A stretch of 57,384 nucleotides of DNA from Phyllosticta citribraziliensis (taxonomy: Eukaryota), in NCBI RefSeq assembly GCF_038025025.1, contig NW_027117346.1, positions 1,860,001-1,917,384 of the forward strand. Reading direction: 5' to 3'. Position numbers and translations under genes: made by a program. Positions 52,001 to 57,384 of the stretch are shown in pieces; the first letter of the stretch is position 1, and the number at the start of each line of letters is the position of its first letter. The notes under the pieces are model-generated. The model had not been told where the DNA came from, searched no databases, and saw nothing but the letters and a program-made list of their open reading frames with translations.

Positions 52001-54297
52001 ATAATAAATAAAGAACTATAAGGATATTAGCCCCTACTATAAATTAATACTAGATATAATATACCTTTAGACTATAGCTAATATAATTAAGACTAATATA
52101 ACTAAGACTAGGGCTAGTATACTTAGATTAACTATACTTAGGCTAATATAGAGGATAGTAGGCCTTATTTCTATTAGATTTACTATTATAATAAAGGAAT
52201 AATATATAGTATATACTATTTTAAGGCTAAAGTACCTCCTAGAAATATAATCTTTATAAACCTAATAAAGATTATAAAATATATAAGGAAGCTAAAGAAG
52301 CTAGCTAGGAGAAGAGGAGCTAAAATCTTATAAATAGTAGTTAATAAAATAGCTATTAATAAATAAGTTAGGAATATAGCTAAATAGGTAATAACTAATA
52401 AGACTAGGAATATATCTAATAAGGATATTCTAGATATAACCCTATTAGTAAATATACCTTAATAACTAAGATAATTAGCTATTACTAGTCTACTAGATAG
52501 TAAAGTTAAAGAACCTACTATCTCTAGTAAAGAGCCTACTTAGAAGCCTAATATAGATAAACCTTAAAGGGTAATAGTAGAGGATACTAATAAGGATATA
52601 TCTAATATTAAAGAAATCCTATAAAATAAGCTAAGTATTATACTTAAGGGATTAAAGAATAATAAGCTAGAGCTACTTAGTAAAGGGGCCCCTCCTAAGT
52701 AGTACTAGATTAAAACTATTATATTTAGAGACCTATTCTATTATAAATAGTATAAACTAGGCCTAAATAGCTAGAGATATAGAGATATCTTTAGTAAGGA
52801 GACTATTAGGTATATAAAAGGAATCCTTAGCCTATATAATAATATATAGAAATTATTTTATACCCCTATTAGTACTAAGATTATAGAAGAGATCTAAGAA
52901 ATACTCTATAATAACCTATAGGTACTAAATAAATACCTATATATAATAGAGGACTTATAAAAGCTAATATATACTATATATATAGAACTAGTTAATAATA
53001 TTAAAGGATACTAGTTTAACTCCTTTAATAAGCCTATAAAATTTAACTTCTCCTAGTATTACCTATTTAAGTAAGAGGATTATTTCCTAGATAGGATCTT
53101 TATATATTTAAATATACTAATAAATATATTAGTTACTAAGGGTAAATCTATCTTTAGAGTCTTTAACTATATATATATAAGCCTAGCTTATACTATAAAG
53201 TATATATCTACTTAGAGCTTTATTTTATATAGGCCTAATAATAAGCCCCTTTAGGATAGTAAGCCTATAAACCTATTAATATATAAGATATACTTTAGTA
53301 TTAAAATACTAGAAGATTAGGAGGATTCTATAACTATTAAAGGAGACTATAAGCTAAAGCTAATAACTTATAAAGAGGTTATAATACTAGCTAAATAATA
53401 GGGCCTTATTATCTACTAGGTCCTATTACCCTTTATCCTAGTATCTTTTAGTGGCTATATAGTATAAGTACTAGTAGATATAGGAGTAAATATAAATAGT
53501 ATTTCTAAGGCCCTTATAGCTAAACTTAGTATCCTAGTATAGGATATACTACCTAATAGTTTTAATATAACTATAGGATTTATAAATAGTTTAAAGTATA
53601 AAATTAAATAATAGATCCTAAGTTTAGCTATTTAAATAGGAGATTAGTCCTAGAATACTTATTTCCTAGTATATAACTAAACTACTATCCCTATTATATT
53701 AGGAATACCCTAGATTATCTTAGTAGGTAGTAAATTTAAAACTATACCTATTAGAGTAGTTAAGCTATAGTTTACCTACCCTATTAACCCTTATTACTAT
53801 ATAGAAATTATTACCTACTAGGCATTCCTATTTATTAAAGGTATTAAAGATACTATGTACTATATAGGTCCTATTAGAATCTAAAGTAGTAATAGTATAT
53901 AAGTAGCTAGGCTAGAAAACTAGCTAGTATAATAATTTAGGGGCTAATTAGTATATAATTACTATACTAACTAGTAGGAGGCCTATTTAATTAAAATAAA
54001 TAAAATATTAAAAATATTAATTTAGTATTAGATAATATATTTTTAACTATATATATAATAGGAGAATAGAGTATTATTTAATATAGGGTATCTTAATATA
54101 GTATATTCTCTAATTATCTTAATACTACTAGATAATAAAACCCGCACTAGTATATAGTATATAAATAAAAAGGTATAAAAATAGAGCCTATAGATAACTT
54201 AATACTATAGGAAGAGTTATTAAATATAATTAAGGGATAGAAAACTAAAGAAACTATAATTACTAAGTAGACTACTATACTAGTAAGGGACCTCTAG
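49003..54297 (+). mobile_element. Gypsy-D copy 2: 5' LTR (49003-49598), gag-protease and start of pol
   Basis: The LTR begins TGTGGCAC and ends with a RIPed form of CCCGCCCACA (TG...CA, tgtgg/ccaca termini). Protease VLVDIGVNINSI (VLVDTGANVN) at ~53468. A YK*KGIKIEPID motif (YKRK...PVD type) at ~54158 marks the pol start. Cut at 54298. Confidence 0.85.
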
Positions 54298-57159
54298 TGT
54301 GGGCGGGACCAGCTACTCACTAATATGCTTGCTTAGCTGGCTAAGATGCCAGCACTAGAAGAGGCATAAGAGACAGTAACTAGCAGTAAATGAGTAGGCT
54401 CTATAGGATAGGAATAAAATAACTACTAAACTAACTAAAATAAGCTACTATCTAGCTATTACTTTACTATCTAAGTAGTATAAGATTTAGATATAAATAA
54501 TAAGTATAAATAAATAAATAACTAAGTATTTAGTAGATAATAGTTTAACTAAGTATAAAAGACTTTATTTATATAAGTAGTACCTCTTAATAAGTAGCTA
54601 TAAAAGGGGGTATATAACTAGCTAATCTACTACTAAAATACTAATAGTATAAAACCTCCTATTACTACTAAAGATACTAAATTTACTTATACTTTTATTA
54701 GCTATTATTATTACTACTAAACTATATAGAACTATACCTTCCTAATATTCTAGAGCTACTTATAATCTTATTTTCTTACTAGCCTAATCTTCTACTTATA
54801 TCTAAGCTAAAACTATAGCTAAGAATAAGAACTATAATTACTAAAAGTACCTATTAAAAGCTATAAAACTATACTAATAAGTAGTACTATATATAGGGGG
54901 GTACTCCTTATTTTACTATCCCCTAGTAAGTAAGAAGAAATAAGGATAAAAGGTAAAAGAGAGAATAAGCTATAGTTTATAGGAGGCTAGGTTAGAGTAG
55001 CTAATTAATATATTACTTACCTAGGTTATATATACTCCTATAAATAGGGCTAGTAGGTAAGATATTATCCTAGTCCTTATTCTTACTATACTTATTATAG
55101 TACTAGATACCTATAGCTTTAATAATATCCTTATTAATTAGTAAAGGCTTATTAGGAGTAGGCCTAGTAATATTATTATCCTTATAGTAAAAGTAGGACT
55201 TCTTACTAAAGGTATACTTCTCCTCTTTAATAAAGACTAGGAATAGCTTATTATAAATATTAATTATATTTAGCTCTATATTATAGAAATAGCTAGCTAG
55301 TACCTTAGGATTATTAGCTATATCTATAACCTTCTTAACTTCCTTTATAACTAATAGGGAGTTCTAGTAATAAGAGTAGACTAGAGTATTACTAATTAGA
55401 TTAATACTAATTACCTCTACTAATACTAGAAACTTATAGGGGTAATAGCTATATATATATAGGAAATTAGAAGGTATAACCTTAGGAGGGACCTAGTTCT
55501 TATAATAGGTAGCTAGCTCTATCTAAGTACCTAATTTATTAATTTTAAGATAGTTATAGTCCTAATTAACTTTATAGTACTATAGGAAAATTATCTTATA
55601 TATACCCTTTACTAGTCCCTTAGCTCTATATAGTATTATTAGGTAAGAAATTCTAGTACTATAGGCTACTACCTTATTATTAGACTAGCCTAGGCCTCTA
55701 TCCTTAATAAATTTAATAAGATAGTTAAGGATTAGACCCTTCTTAATATTAGTAATACCTATTATATTTATAGGGTTATATATATTCTTAATAATAGTAC
55801 TATCCCTATAATCCTTAAAATAAGGTATAAAGCCCTTTATTAAAATTATATAGTCTATATTAGTCTTACTATTAAGGGAAATAGTACCCTAAATTATATT
55901 AATATCCCTATTAGTATTAGTATATTTATTTAAGTTAATATTAAAATAATAGAAATTAATATTATTACCCTTCTTTTAGTCCTTAGTATAGTATAGTATT
56001 ATATAGAGCTAGTAGGTATAGTTAGGCCTAAATAAAATATAAAGGAGCTAGTATACTAGGTACTAGTAGATAAGCTACTATACTAATAAATAGAATATTA
56101 TATAATTCTAGCCTAAATTCTAGTAAGTATTAATTTCCTACTAGTACTAGAAGTAGTAGCTAAACTCCTTATTAATTTTAGAGTATATACTATCTAAGAA
56201 ATTAAAGAGAGAGTTATTAATAACTAAATTATTAGTAGCCTTAAACTTACTAAGTAGAGTATTAATAAGGTCTAGATACTAGTTATAGCCTATTCTAAAT
56301 AGAGTAGTAAGACTCTTATTAAGGGTAGAGATTATATTTTAAATTATAGCTATAATTTCCTTAAATTAGGTATTATAGTTATAGCTAAATATATATAAGC
56401 TAATAGTATTAGTAGGGTAAATAAGGTAAAAAGATAGTATAAACTAATAGTACCTATCCTTATAGGATAGGATATTAGATAATCTTTTATAGTTATACTA
56501 AATATATTTTAAATAAAAGTAAATAATATTATCTATTCTCTACTTAATTTAAAGACCTAAGTACTTACTAATCCTATAGATATAAGAGTTATAGTAGTTA
56601 CTTAAGTTATACTAGTCTTTAGCCTTATTAAGCTTAAAAAGCTTCTTTTACTAGGATTCTTTAAATATAGGAATAGCCTTAATAGGAAACTTCTTATAAA
56701 ATCTAGTAGATAAGATCTAGCTATTAATTCTAGTATAGATATAGTATTTAGCTATATAAATCTTCTTAGTACTATTAGTTAGAGATATAATAATAACTTC
56801 TAGGTCTAAATCTACCTTATTATTACTATAGACTTCTTCCTTATTATCCTTATTTATTAGGATAATAGTATTATTATTATTACTTCTATAGACTAAACTT
56901 TTTATAGTTAGTATAATTCTCTAGTATATATTAGGGGTAGTAAGAGGGGGGTTAAGATAGTAGTATTTATTAGGTTCTTTCTTTTAGGGAGGGGACCTCT
57001 ATTACTTTAAAGTATTTTAGATATTATTTCTAGAGAAGTTATAGCTTAGGGCTATATTTATAATATTATTAGATAGCCTTAATATATTAAGGATATTTAC
57101 TAAATTATTACTAGGACTAGTAAAACTAATAATAGAATTATTTATAAAAAGTACTATTA
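54298..57159 (-). mobile_element. Gypsy-D copy 3: 3' LTR (54298-54891) and 3' internal region with an extra ORF
   Basis: The LTR starts tgtgggcgggacc on the + strand. The next 216 bp match 48787-49002 and then continue into new sequence. Confidence 0.85.
55013..57159 (-). pseudogene. RIP-degraded ORF (~715 codons) of unknown function, just upstream of the Gypsy-D 3' LTR
   Basis: Manual translation gives one continuous protein-like frame interrupted only by scattered TAA/TAG (expected RIP products of CAA/CAG/TGG/CGA), e.g. ...EVKKVIDIANNPKVLASYF... and ...KGLILNYLIKFIKDRGLG*S.... No RT, RNase H or integrase motif was seen. Confidence 0.6.
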
Positions 57160-57384
57160 TGATAGGCGTACACGCGCCTACACGAGCACCAGGGCTAGTA
57201 TAGACAAACCCAGCATCGCGCGGTTATAAGAAGCATAAGCCTCACCTCAGGCAGCAGCCTGCTATAGCTTAGGCTAAAACCTGCAGGCTGGCACCAGCCA
57301 CTACAGCCTAGCACCAGCCACTGCGGCCCTAGGCAGATACCACATAACAGCCCATTAATACCTCACCTTCATAACTCACCTAAC
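57160..57384. mobile_element. End of a younger, weakly RIPed insertion, probably an LTR; continues beyond the window
   Basis: Abrupt return of CpA/CpG starting at TGATAGGCG. Contains a terminal hairpin TAGGCG...CGCCTA and a short tandem repeat gcaccagccact(a/g)c(a/g)gcc. Confidence 0.5.

Larger units (their letters stand above)
28948..57159. other. AT-rich RIP-mutated repeat block (AT isochore)
   Basis: Abrupt switch to TpA-saturated sequence almost devoid of CpA, TpG and CpG. The computed track shows no ORF of 60 aa or more, yet retroelement motifs remain recognisable when C>T and G>A changes are allowed. Confidence 0.97.

Noticed and set aside
49003..54891. DNA transposon with ~595-bp TIRs and a 216-bp TSD
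   Set aside because: The repeats have TG...CA LTR termini, enclose gag-protease, and a third copy exists. Nested opposite-orientation LTR elements explain the pattern better.
28948..57159. Mitochondrial insertion, contaminant or alternative genetic code
   Set aside because: The dinucleotide pattern and direct C>T/G>A differences between repeat copies show RIP of nuclear retroelements.

Overview
Filamentous ascomycete DNA (the introns and the RIP pattern fit a Dothideomycete; the species cannot be determined from sequence alone), in two sharply separated compartments. Bases 1-28,947 are GC-balanced and hold ten intron-containing housekeeping genes: RFX transcription factor (runs off the left edge), YOP1, CBP80/STO1, GSK3, SUN-domain SLP1, Hal4/Sat4 kinase, CaMKK, TRAPP subunit BET5, RPA49 and a promethin/LDAF1-like protein. 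Bases ~28,950-57,384 are an AT-rich block of retrotransposons inactivated by repeat-induced point mutation (RIP). The block contains a complete Ty3/Gypsy chromovirus with a TAAAG target-site duplication (TSD) and asymmetric LTR ends. It also has a full-length Tad1-like LINE bracketed by a ~650-bp inverted repeat, and a nested series of Gypsy elements, including three copies of one family inserted into each other in alternating orientation. The most novel-looking signal is a RIP-degraded ORF of about 715 codons with no retroviral motifs in the env position of that family. TE protein motifs were read by hand through RIP mutations, and no database searches were run.
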